This document shows, one piece after another, positions 1-11,786 of a stretch of 64,000 nucleotides of DNA (positions are counted from its first letter, which is position 1; each line of letters begins with the position of its first letter). This DNA is from Chrysomallon squamiferum (Eukaryota > Animalia > Mollusca). The stretch spans positions 15,934,001-15,998,000 of the forward strand of contig CM022670.1 in NCBI GenBank assembly GCA_012295275.1, in the 5' to 3' direction. Both the position numbers and the translations under genes were made by a program. The notes under the pieces are model-generated. The model was not told the DNA's origin. It did no database searches and was given only the letters and a program-made list of their open reading frames with translations.

Positions 1-280
1 AATGTATTCAAAAGAAAATATTTTTTTCAGATTTTTGTTTTTTTTTTAAATAAAATTTTTTCCAATTCTAAAAGTGGTCAAAACTTTACATGTAACAGAT
101 CAGAATTCAACAATAAATTAATATTTCATAAAATAAAAAAATAAAAATATTCAAAGAAAATGTATTTATAATATTTAAAAACATATAATTTTTTTTTTTT
201 TTAAAACAAAATGTTAGAATTCTAAATCAAAACTTTATTCATAACAGTTCTGGATTCAACAGTAAATTAATAATTCAAAC
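1..280. repeat. Degenerate ~145-bp tandem duplication
   Basis: tattcaaa(a)gaaaat...aattctaaa...tcaaaacttta...taacag...attcaaca(a/g)taaattaata occurs at ~5-128 and ~149-277. Confidence 0.7.
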
Positions 281-570
281 TGAAGTTTATTATTTAAAAA
301 AAGTACTAAGAATGGAGGAGACTTTAAGGAGCTCAGGAAGTGAAAGTCTCAGGAGACTATAGGCTGAACAGATTTCTTTAACAGGTGTAAGGTTTGATAG
401 TTTTAATTGGGTTGTGCTGGCTAACCTGATAGTACTAATATCACTTAGCTTTCTCTGTTGCCATGGAAATGTAGTATTTTCAATGTAGGTCTGCAGTTTC
501 ATTTTTTTAAATTTTCTTATAAACTTTAATGTAATGTTTTATTCATCTATTATATTATTTATTACTGTTG

Positions 571-635
<65 letters not shown>

Positions 636-1092
636 TTTATTTATTTATTTATTTTTTATTTTTATTATTATTATATTTTTTTTTAATGTTAATCTGCAGC
701 AAATGCTAGCATTAAATTCTTTCTGTACTGCTTAATTTACTTACAAAACGAGGTCTGTTTTATGAATTCTGGAAGTTTTGTTTGTTTTCTTGCTTTGAGA
801 GATTTTCTGTGGCTATTGATGTGGCAGTGCGATAAATATGGCTGGAAATAAAATAAATACACACACACAGTTTGGTGAATTACTTGTGTTTTCATGGGCT
901 TTTACCACCTGAAACCTGAAGCAGTGTTTTGGTAACAAAATAGGAGACAATATTTGCTTATTACATTGGTGCTTATTTTGTTTGTATGAAATAGAATTTT
1001 TATGCTGAAATCTGATTCGGAACTATTAACTTATTTTCTAGTTATTAAAATACAAAATGTGAGAAAATGGTACAGTAAATTAGAATGGATTA

Positions 1093-1129
<37 letters not shown>

Positions 1130-1365
1130 CACTTCATCTCTTTGTTTCAGATGTTCTTTTCATCATTCATTAATTATCCAGGTAGCCTTTATAAATCCAT
1201 CCATCCATCCATCCATTCATTCATTATTTTTCTTTTTATCATAGTCCATTCATGCAAATTTTCATCATTTATTGTTGCTCTTTAATTTTCATTTATATTT
1301 ACTAATGCTTGCTGCCATTCCTGTACACTCCTCTCTGCAGCTCCATCAATTTGCTGACCATTTTT

Positions 1366-1779
1366 TGTTGCTCCTACATACTCCTTACTCTTTGTTGTTT
1401 CTACATACTCTACAACTGTTGCTCCTACATACTCCTTACTGTTTACTGTTGCTCCTACATGCTCCTTACTGTTTACTGTTGCTCCTAGATATTCCTTACT
1501 GTTTACTGTTGCTCCTACATACTCCTTACTGTTTACTGTTGCTCCTACATGCTCCTTACTGTTTACTGTTGCTCCTAGATACTCCTTACTGTTTACTGTT
1601 GCTCCTACATACTCCTTACTGTTTATTGTTGCTCCTACATACTCCTTACTGTTTACTGTTGCTCCTACATACTCCTTACTTTTTACTGTTGCTCCTACAT
1701 ACTCCTTACTGTTTACTGTTGCTCCTAGATACTCCTTACTGTTGCTCCTACATACTCCTTACTGTTTAGTTGCTCCTAC
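1366..1779. repeat. 30-bp minisatellite, ~14 units (actccttactgtttactgttgctcctacat)
   Basis: Near-identical units with a 30-bp period. This repeat generates the spurious LLLLLHTPYC ORF. Confidence 0.97.
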
Positions 1780-2534
1780 TTACAAATCACTGCTAACAGC
1801 AACAGCTAAATTGGCATTATTTTCATGGTGATATTTTTGCACACACAGTGACACACTTTTATAGTCACTACATGATTTCATTATTAGCTGTTGCTCTTAC
1901 GCACTTGCGAGATTCTAAGTCTTGCATGTAACACATTCATGTTGACATATCACATTTGTTACACCTCTCTTGTATTCACATACTATGAACTGATACCATA
2001 TTTGCTTATATACACATACATTGAAAACACAATATATTCAGGAACTTTTTTTTCTGTCAGTTCACTATTTATTATGAATATATTAACAGCAGTAGTTGTA
2101 AAAATAGATGAGTTAATTAAATATAAATAGATATGTGTAGGCTATATATTTATATATCTTTGTGTGTGTGTGTGTTTGTGAGTGTGTGTGTGTGTCTTTA
2201 ATCTGTCTGTGTCTGTCTGAATAACATGAGAGATGATTAAGAGATAATTTGTGAGTGTAAATGGAAGTCAACATCCTACATAAAAAAATTTAAATAAATT
2301 TATAAAAATAATTTAACCAGTTGTGATGACTCTTTTACTCCACATTGTCTTTGGTAGACATTTTTGCCTTAACAGTCTTTTAACACAGGAGAGATGTTTC
2401 TGCACCATCAGTGCAGTTCTCATTGCTTCAGTTATCAGTCCTCACTTAGTCTTGCTGCAACACTTACACATCATCACCATCTTCCACTCACTGTTAAATC
2501 TGTAATCAAAAGAATAAAGATTTCACTGTTGTAG

Positions 2535-2564
2535 ATTATTTCAGAATATTTGCTATGGACGTAG
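2535..2564 (+). CDS. Candidate 30-nt symmetric micro-exon ((D)YFRIFAMDV, phase 1-1)
   Basis: tttcactgttgtag|ATTATTTCAGAATATTTGCTATGGACGTAG|gtaaga. Good donor, short pyrimidine tract. Confidence 0.25.
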   Translation: MISEYLLWT

Positions 2565-3714
2565 GTAAGATTTTACTGTACTTTTTCAGTTAGCATTCAG
2601 AATCTCTCATGTTGAAGTATTGATGTCAGTGTGTAACAGTTATGTGGATGTTCAAGGCTCTTAATTATTTAAACAGCTTATTATAACTTTAATTTCAGTA
2701 TCATAAATCTTTAATGATTTATTTATAATATGATACCAGTATGTTGGGGTTTAATTTCATTAATATTTTTTTTGTTTTTTATATTTTGTTTTTTTATTTA
2801 TCTTCATCTTTGTGTAATATATTTGTCTCATAGTTAATAAACTGTGCTAAGCAATAATGCATTCGATGTTTGTGTGTGGTGTGGTATGTGTGTGTTTGCA
2901 TGCATATAGTATGGATTGTGTGTATGTATATATATATATAAAATACTCACACACATATATTATGTATGCGACTGTTTTGTCAATTCTTTGGGATGGAACA
3001 TGTTATTTTTTTTTTATGAGCTGTTTATGCAGTATGTTGTTTATATTGCTGTATGTATGCATGTCTTTCTGGAGGATGTCAGAGTTTATCTGCAGTGTTA
3101 CATACACTGATCTCTCTGCACACTATTTTTACTTAATCTATCAATGGTTATATCTTAAAATTTTATATCCTGATAGCACTTCTGAAGTGCTGCATGAAGT
3201 GCTATCTTGGCCGAAGTGTGAAATGTAAAATAACTCAAGAGTTATCTGTTTCGTTTTTATCTCGGCTACAGTACACATACATACACGATGTTGTACGGAG
3301 ATAATTTTTTAAAAATAGTATTATCTACAGTGTTGAGATACAGTTGTTTAAATATTAAAATTTATATATCAGGTAGAGAGGTACATACACCATCATTTTG
3401 TTTATTATTATCTGCAGTGTTGAAAAACAGTTGTTTCCTTGTGAAAGAAAATAATCAAATGATTTAAATGTGTCCTACAATCATTACATAAGCTGCCAAC
3501 ACAAAAAAAACAAGAAAATCTTTAATAAAATAATAAAATAAATTGACTTGTGCTATATAAAAAAGAAAATTAAATAAAAAAATTTCATAAAAAAAAAAAA
3601 CAACCATATTATTGAACAGTATACAATACATATTAAAGTAATTACTTAAAATATTTTGAATTTGTTCTACTTTAATAGCACTAATGGATAATCGATAATA
3701 TCTGTATTGTTGAA

Positions 3715-4142
3715 CAATATCCTACATAAAAATTATGTGACCTGCAAGAAACTCTTAAACAGAAGATACAAACAAATAATTTAACAGCATCCTGGAGGAA
3801 TAAAATTAAATAGATCATTTAAACAAAATAATTAACAGTGCCTTGCAAGAAAATCTTGAATAGACAGTAATAGCAAATATCCTGCAAGAAAGTCTTAAAT
3901 AGATCATTTAAGCAGATACTTTAACACTATCTACTAGAAAAGAATTAAGTAGATCATTCAAGCAAAATAATTTAACAATGTCCTACCAGAAAGTCTTAAA
4001 TAGATCATTCAAGCAAATAATTTAACAATATCCTGGAAGTAAGTCTTAAATAGATCATTCAAGCAAATAATTTAACAATGTTCTGCAAGAAAGTCTTAAA
4101 TAGACCATTCAAGCAAACAATTTAACACTATTTCTGAATAGA
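3715..4142. repeat. ~50-bp degenerate minisatellite, ~8 units (aagtcttaaatagatcattcaagcaaataatttaacaatgtcctgcaaga)
   Basis: aagtcttaaa recurs at 3991, 4041 and 4091, with more diverged copies upstream. Confidence 0.92.
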
Positions 4143-6999
4143 TTGATCTCTACAATAAGGCTTAAGTGGGACTAAACGGGGATAAAGGATACTGTAGTTG
4201 TACAATCCATAGTTCTTTAGCGAGATCTGTTGCCTTTTGTATGTACAGTGTTTGCACATTATCCACACTGACCACCGTCCAGTTTTCCATTGTCCAATCT
4301 GTGTTGTGAAGTGCTGGTATTATCTGACATACATTGATCTGGTAGCCCGGTTCACACTGAGTGTGAAATGAGACACTTGTCTGTGATACTTTGAGTGGAA
4401 CAGATTGGTTACAGATTATTTGCTTATTTTGTTCACAATTTCAATGTCAGATGTAATTTAGGAGAGTTCAGTTTTCTGTCCATTATCTGTGCGAAATAAT
4501 AGTGTTAGAATTCGTCCATCCAGTCATATATAGGCTATATATATATATATATATGTATATGTATCAACAAAGATATATGCTAGTATGTGTTTGTGTTTTT
4601 AAATGTGTATTAAATGTGTGTGTGTGTGTGTGTCAGTATCTTTGTGTGTATATATATGTATATATGTGCATGTACATATTTGTGTGTGTTTGTATGTCTG
4701 TGTGCATTCACTTTCCAACATTTCAGATAATTTAACATTCTTAATCACTCCATTTATTTTAACTGCCCCCTTTCCCTTCAGTTACATAATAAATGTCTAT
4801 TTTCGTTAAAACATCCATTAAAAATAATTCACTTATTTAACCAGCTGTTTTACAATTATTTGTCTACACCTGTCTCTTCACCCACTTGACTTTTTACATC
4901 ATTTTAAAATATAAGTAAGTAAATCTAAAAGTAAATTTTTAATTCAACCCAGCAAGCAACGACTTTCTAAAACCTACACACAAACTATAATGCTGAGGAT
5001 ATACGTTTCTGACAGAATTAGAATTAATGCCGAGATTAAAATCATCCTATCAGTGTTACAAGTTGATTAGTTATGAAAATTGCAGTCACTGAGATGAAGC
5101 AGCCTGACACTGATAAATCAGGTGTCGTCTGTAATCAAGCTTATCGTGCAGCCATTGTATGTAAAAATCCATAGCCATTTTTCTGCCATCAGCCCCTATC
5201 GTTTCCCCATCCCTGGCTTTCTTCCATTCTCATCTCAGCTGCTTTACAAATGGATAATGGGAACAAATTGATTCATTTGTAGAATAAGAACAAGGGGAAG
5301 CACAATTCATTGTCACTGAATATGTCTGTTTGTAGTGCACATGTCTGCATTGATTTCCTCCACTTCGGTGCTCCATCAGAGAACAGATTTTTTTTTCTCT
5401 TTCTTTTTTTCTTTTTTGTTGATTTTAATTTTCAGTAGTTTTTATATCAAAAGCCTCTATCATAATACATTTCATTGTCTGCAGTGAAAGGCCAAAGTAG
5501 TTTGTTTAATGTGAATACATGTTAATATAATAATTTTTTTTTTAATTATTATTATTGTTTGTATTTTTTAATAGCCCCTTTTTCATTAAGTGCACTGCAG
5601 TTTTAAAGAACACTGTTATATCCCAGAGTTTTTACAATATAAATGAATCAAATAATCTTCTTTTTTTTTTTTTGACAAAGGATTAGAAATTTTGAAATTT
5701 TGACTACAAATAAAGCAAAATGGTGCAACTTTTATGAGTTATATATTTGTGTTTTATTTATAACAGATGATCAAATTTTAAATCTTAAATCATTACTGAA
5801 TGTATTAGAAAGTACATATGAATGATCCTTTGCTGGTAATAATAAAAATAACCCTTGCAGTCATGTCATAAGATTTTTCTTTCTAATGATTACAATATCA
5901 TACAGCCATTAATATAAAAACATACTTAGATCTGATCAAATAAAATTGAATATTATTAAATATTTTTGAATTTGACTAAATATAACTGAACTTTATTAAA
6001 TAAAGCTGATTTTTGTTTATTAAATCCTTAACTAAAGCTACTTTTCACCTGAAGTTCAGATGTATGTTTAGAGATCTTGCTCAGCAGCGACATCTTACAT
6101 CTTGACCAGATATCTTTAGCACTCGTGTTAATATGCACTGAGTGTGGAACATGTGTCCAGCTCAGTGAAGGACAGCAGGAGAATGTGTAGTAATTAATAG
6201 AGATAATTGCTGGAGATTGTCTCCCCCTTCGAGGACCCATCTGCAAGTGTATGAATCTGTCTCTGTCATTAACAGTTATTGAATTGTGCCTTCAGTTCTC
6301 ATTGATGGAAATGTTTATTAGAATGGCGAAAATCGAATTACGCACAATTTGTTTCTGTTATGCAGTTAACATTGGCTCTGAACTCCTTGGCTTTTTCGGT
6401 GTGGTTATTCCGAGCTGAATTATTGTACAAATTAGCCCAAGCAGTGAGAAGAAGTGAGCATGTTGTTAGAATGAAATAATAGAATGTTTGAACTGCTTGC
6501 TGGCCTCTGGAAGCAATTGCTTCGGAAATGGGTCCCCAATAAAACTTGTAACCAAATACTTTTGTCAACTTGGTTTTAATTCCTGATTAACTTTTTTTCT
6601 TTTTTTTTTTTTTTTTTTTTTATTTTTTTTTTTTTTTTGTAAATAAAAGAAAAAAACAGCAAACATGATTCATTCTGTTACAATGATCTATTAGCACTAC
6701 ATTTAAGAAGCTCTTTGATATTTGATTTTAATTTATATTTTATTGTGCACAGTAGCAGTTTTATTGTAAAATCCAAACCTGTTTAGTGTTTGGAACATTT
6801 TATTTTGTTTAGCAAAATACACACTGTTTTCACTGAGTGTCTTTTTTTGTTCTCTCTCTCTCTGTCTCTGATACTGGGAGCAATACTGTACTAGCCTAGT
6901 GTTTAATGTTTAATCTAAATCCTAAATTAAATAAATACTGAAGTTATTTCTTTTTTAATAATGGCTATATTTGTAAACCTATCTTTATCTCTCTGCAGT

Positions 7000-7235
7000 C
7001 CTCCTCCCATTTCTTTCTCCCTCTTTCTATCTTTATTCCTTTAGCCCTCTTTACTTGTCTAATAACCTTTTTCCCTATCTTCTCTCTTTCAGTTTCTTTG
7101 TCTTTATTCATCTGTCTCTGTTTTTTTTTATATCTCTCTCTCTCCTTGTCTCTCTCTTTCTCTCTTTCTCTCCTTGTCTCTCTTTCTCTCTTTCTCTCCT
7201 TGTCTCTCTCTTTCTCTCCTTGTCTCTCTCTTTCT
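7000..7235. repeat. Compound CT-rich polypyrimidine repeat (tctctccttgtctctctctt units)
   Basis: Pyrimidine-dominated tract with a recurring ccttgtctctc unit. Confidence 0.85.
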
Positions 7236-7347
7236 TCAGTTTTTGGTTCCATTTACAGTTTAAACACAATTTTTTTTCTCAAAGGTATGAATTGTTTGTT
7301 TCTCAAGCAAACACCAAATAATTGGTTTTTCTTTCCACTCTTTGCAG

Positions 7348-7419
7348 GTTCACTGACTGCTGTCTATGTAAGCTTATTACCACAAGTGTTTCTGATACTA
7401 TCTGCCCGACAGCTGATGG
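7348..7419 (+). CDS. Candidate 72-nt symmetric exon (GSLTAVYVSLLPQVFLILSARQLM in phase 1, or FTDCCLCKLITTSVSDTICPTAD in phase 2)
   Basis: Acceptor ttttctttccactctttgcag, donor TGG|GTAAGT, length divisible by 3, two frames open. It could be a pseudo-exon inside an enhancer-like block. Confidence 0.35.
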
Positions 7420-9078
7420 GTAAGTCTCGCTGTTTGTGATCTGCGATAATCCACCTCTATTTTTTTACAGCAACTGGGTGAAGACGCGGCAATTGTCAGA
7501 CAGGTGTTTGTGGACAGAACAGTAGAGCCGGAACACTGAGAGATATTCTTACATGTATTTTAACACTTTCTAGATTAGTCAGTGTGCTGATCTGAGGAGA
7601 CATTCACCCAGAATAAGAAGTCTTCCGAGTTTTCAACTTTCCCTTACGTTTAATGATGTTCATTTCTTATTTTGAATGTAACTTAGACACACAGCGGCTA
7701 AAATGTGCCACGAATGAAAACAGAAACTACAAAAAAATAAATTACTCCTAAGAAGCCGTATTTGTTTAAGCAGTTCCAGACAGCTTGACGAGTCTTTGAA
7801 TGCAAAGACAGCACTTGAAGAGCATTTCTCTAAAAACTGCTCAGAGTCCAGTAATGAGGACATATCAACTAAACAGGATTTAAGATGTGTTTTCTCTGTA
7901 GCAGCACAGGATGTAATTAATTGGTATTAAACCTGTTTAAATGGCAAACTAAATGCTAGTATTTAATACTGGTTAATTTGTTGATTTTTCACATTCATGA
8001 TATAGCTGAATAAATTATCAACAAGTACATAAGCACACTGACACACCCACACTTACTCACTATGTACAAACATACAGGATATTTTAAGCAGGTATGGTTT
8101 CATCAGTTGTATTATGTGGTATAACTGTTTGAAACATTATGTGTGTGTGTGTGTGTGTGTGTGTACGTATGGTCGCATGTGCATGCACATGTTTGTGTGT
8201 ATGTATGTATGTATGTATGTGTATATATATATGTTTGTGCATGTGTGTATATATGTGTGTGTATATGTGTACATACATATATATTTAAATAGAATTAATG
8301 ACCATTTAATATATGATCCATTTTGTTAGGTCTCAGAAATTTTCAAGAAACAATAACCTGTTTTGTCATTTCAATCACAGATTCTTCAATACAGTGGAAA
8401 ATCCCTTTAACAGCCAGCTGATTTAAGTTCATTATTTTTAAATAAAACCTTTAAATAATTTTATACAGACCAAGTGCCTGTGTACATAAGAATGTTAATG
8501 CATTCCCATAAAACTGATTCCCGTATATCTGATTTCAAAGCCATATAAAGTTTGTTTTGACTTTTGAAACACAGATAGAATTCTCTGCCTAGGGAATGAG
8601 AAATTTTCATCATGATTTGAGAAGAAATAAAAACTAGTATCATACAGTTTCCTGCCACAGGCCAAGATCTTTCTGTAGATCTTTGCTTCATCACATGATA
8701 TCTGTTTGTCTATGGCTGGTTCATATTTAATGCATTACTCACATCAGTTCTTGCAGGCAGATTTCATTACAGCTATTTACATGTTTGAAATGTTTCACTG
8801 AAAAACATACTTCTAATGTTTTCATTTTTCCTGAGTTTATTTCTGAACTGGAAGGGGGAAAAAAATGGAAAATAAATTTAAATTTGTTCCATTCATTTTG
8901 TGTTTTAGTAAGATTATTTTTTTAAAATTTTAAATTTAATAATGGAAAGGGGAACAACTCTAAATGAAAAGTATCAAGTCGCATAACTCTAGAAAGTACA
9001 TTAACTATATTATCGAAGCAATTTCTAATATCTTCATTTTTTTTCATTCTCTTTTTTTTCTAATACATTTTTTGCATT

Positions 9079-9115
<37 letters not shown>

Positions 9116-9674
9116 TCTTTCTTTCTTTTCCCTGAAAGTATAGAGAGATGTAATTTCCACTAATGATTATAAATGAGAAAAGATTTTACCATCTTCCAAC
9201 ACAGATGCAGGCAAAGATGGTGGCTCTTGCATCTCAACTGCTTTCTGACAGTAATTTATAGTTTGTCAAAATGTTCAGTTGTTCGTATCCCTCACATGAA
9301 AGAAAGTCTGAGCCAAACAGACATATGTATTTAGTTTTAAGTGTTACTGGCATATGTATGGCACATTGGTTGGCAGGCACCATTCTGATAAATACAATCC
9401 TGGTCTGACCAGCAAACATAAAACATGTGAATTTAAAAAGGAACAAACCTCTCTTCCTGTTGAAAAATGGCTTCCATGTGGATTTCAGTCCTGGGCTGGG
9501 ATATGTTTGGTTTGATATATTTTGCTTGGCAAGGTAGTAATTTGTGAAACAGCATCTTGATGCATGGAAATAAACCTGCCTGATTATCTGACGAGACTTG
9601 GCATAATGGAGGGCAGACAGATCACAGGGGTCTCACAACAGACTTTTGAATTTAACAAACACTTACACATGTTT

Positions 9675-9726
<52 letters not shown>

Positions 9727-9893
9727 CATAGTTATTTTAGTTAATTAAATTTTTTACGTCTACTGTAAAACAGCAATAGCTTAATAATTTCTATTAACCT
9801 CTATTTTAATTATATAAAAACCTTTTTCTCCCTAAAATACATAATAAGATTTTATAAAAAAATAATATTAATAAAATAATAAAAATAAAAAAT

Positions 9894-10019
9894 AAAACAT
9901 TATAGAGTAAACCTTATAAACATTTTAAAATAAATTATATTAAAAGTATTGATTATATAATCAATATTTTTAATAGAATTTTTTTTAAATGTTTATAAGA
10001 GTTTACTCTATAATGTTTT
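9894..10019. repeat. ~126-bp near-perfect AT-rich palindrome with no loop, centred at 9956/9957
   Basis: The left arm aaaacattatagagtaaac-cttataaacatttt...aagtattgattat is the reverse complement of ataatcaatattttt...aaatgtttataagagtttactctataatgtttt, with a few mismatches. Confidence 0.93.
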
Positions 10020-10404
10020 TGTTTTTTTAATTATCTGACATTGAATGTATTCATACAGAAACTTGTAGATTGAAAAAGTAAACACTTCAGATATATATTT
10101 GCCAGAGATTCTAGAGTGTAAAAAACAAAATTTTTAATTTTTAAACAATTAAGTTTAACATAAGAAACCATCTTCATCCTTACAGGAAAACAAAAGTGCT
10201 TGTATAATCAAAACATATTTTATTTTCCATACTGACCAGAAAATGTTGTTTTATTATAACTCATACAAACTGAAATGTTTCTGCTCTTGAAATGGTTGTT
10301 GAAATTTCATATTATTTAATGAGTAGCTTGCTGTTTCAGTAGCAAGCATTTTTCAGTGTAATATGAATATTCACACTTTGAATTGATTTTAATTATCTTT
10401 TGTT

Positions 10405-10700
10405 TGATTATTATCATCATCATCATTATCAACATCAGTGTCATTATCACCATCATCATTATTATCAACATCAGTGTCATCATCACCACCATCATTATTA
10501 TCATCATGTTTTCACTACCATTACTATTACCATTTTTGCCATTGTCTTAATATCACTTGTTACAACCCAAAGCATTTTCAGTCTGTACTTTAGTTACTGT
10601 CACTTCTAGCCAGTTTTACTATCACTGCTACTACTATTACTGCTAACATGACTACTATGTTACTACTACTACTACTACTACCAGCAGCACCACTACCTCT
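10405..10700. repeat. (CAT/TAT/CAC)n and (TAC)n trinucleotide microsatellite complex
   Basis: Visible directly. It is the source of the poly-His and poly-Met pseudo-ORFs. Confidence 0.9.
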
Positions 10701-11250
10701 GGTAACACTATGTTAAAACAGATATATTTCTTTGTACCATGAGCCTTAAAAAAAAAACCACCTAAAAAAAAACCTGCAGCAGTATTCCTATCAGTTATAA
10801 GAGATACGCAGACACAGTTAAAGTTAATTAATCTGAGTAAAGTGCTTGTATTGGCTGTTAAACATGGAACATTAAAAAGAAAAGGAGGAATATTCAGATT
10901 ATAAAAGCCGTGATGAATCAAAGATGCTCTCAGTTGGATTATGGATTCCTTTTTCTTGAAATCTTGTAAGAAAATTTATTTTCCAATTAAGCTGTAGTTA
11001 ATGTAGGTTCCAGATTAATCTTTGAATAAAAGAAAGAAAAAAAAGTAAAGTTCTTTGAGTTTGTTGAGAGAACCTGTTAAAATCTCTCTCAATTAAGTTT
11101 ATCAATTTCTGTTTTAAAAAAAAAAAAAAAAAAAAAAATGTTCAGGGCAGTAGGTTCTGTACCAAGTTTAACTGTTAATAACTTAAATAAATAATGATAA
11201 AATTTACTAGGACTTACATGTGATCATTTCAATAGGTCCACAAGTTGTTC

Positions 11251-11472
11251 TGATAGTTACTTGGTTTCATAATAACATATGGTTACTGGGTTGATAGTTA
11301 CTTGGTTTCATAATAACATGTGGTTACTGGGTTGATAATCATTTGGTTTCAGAATTAAAGTTGGTTACTGGGTTGATAGTTACTTGGTTTCATACAAATA
11401 TATGGTTACTGGGTTGATAGTTACTTGGTTTCATGGTAACAGTTGGTTACTAGATGGATAGTTACAGGGTTT
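11251..11472. repeat. 41-bp minisatellite, ~5.5 units (ggttactgggttgatagttacttggtttcataataacatat)
   Basis: ggttact recurs at 11281, 11322, 11363, 11404 and 11445. Confidence 0.95.
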
Positions 11473-11724
11473 GTTCTGTTCCTTTCCAGCTATGACTGCA
11501 TTTTGCAGAAATAAGCTGTGTAGTAGTGATACAAAATGGCATTCTAATTCATTATCACTTTATCTTCATTACTAAATAAAAGCAAGAAAAGCTACAGAAG
11601 CAGTGAAATTCATGACCTGTTATATATTTACTTTTCAGACTGTTAAAGCTCTTCAGTGAAAAAAACATATACAATTACTGTGATAAAATACCAAGAACAA
11701 TCATTGAAAATCAACAAAAAATAA

Positions 11725-11727
<3 letters not shown>

Positions 11728-11782
<55 letters not shown>
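11728..11782. repeat. (AAT)n microsatellite
   Basis: Perfect AAT run. Confidence 0.95.

Positions 11783-11786
<4 letters not shown>

Noticed and set aside
1272-1769. 165-aa Leu-rich ORF
   Set aside because: It is a translation of the 30-bp minisatellite, with no ATG context or splice support.
2468-2499. Minus-strand 32-nt exon-like unit (ttcttttgattacag...GT|gtaagt)
   Set aside because: It opposes the inferred transcription strand, has no partner exons, and such pseudo-exons are expected by chance.
7718-7930. ~70-codon stop-free + frame (KQKLQKNKLLLRSRICLSSSRQLDESLNAKTALEEHFSK...) overlapping a minus-strand ORF
   Set aside because: It has no start codon, convincing acceptor or donor, and resembles no family I recognise.
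11251-11472. Regularly spaced repeats considered as a CRISPR-like array (also the 50-, 70- and 72-bp arrays)
   Set aside because: The units are contiguous tandem copies without unique spacers, the context is eukaryotic, and there are no cas genes.
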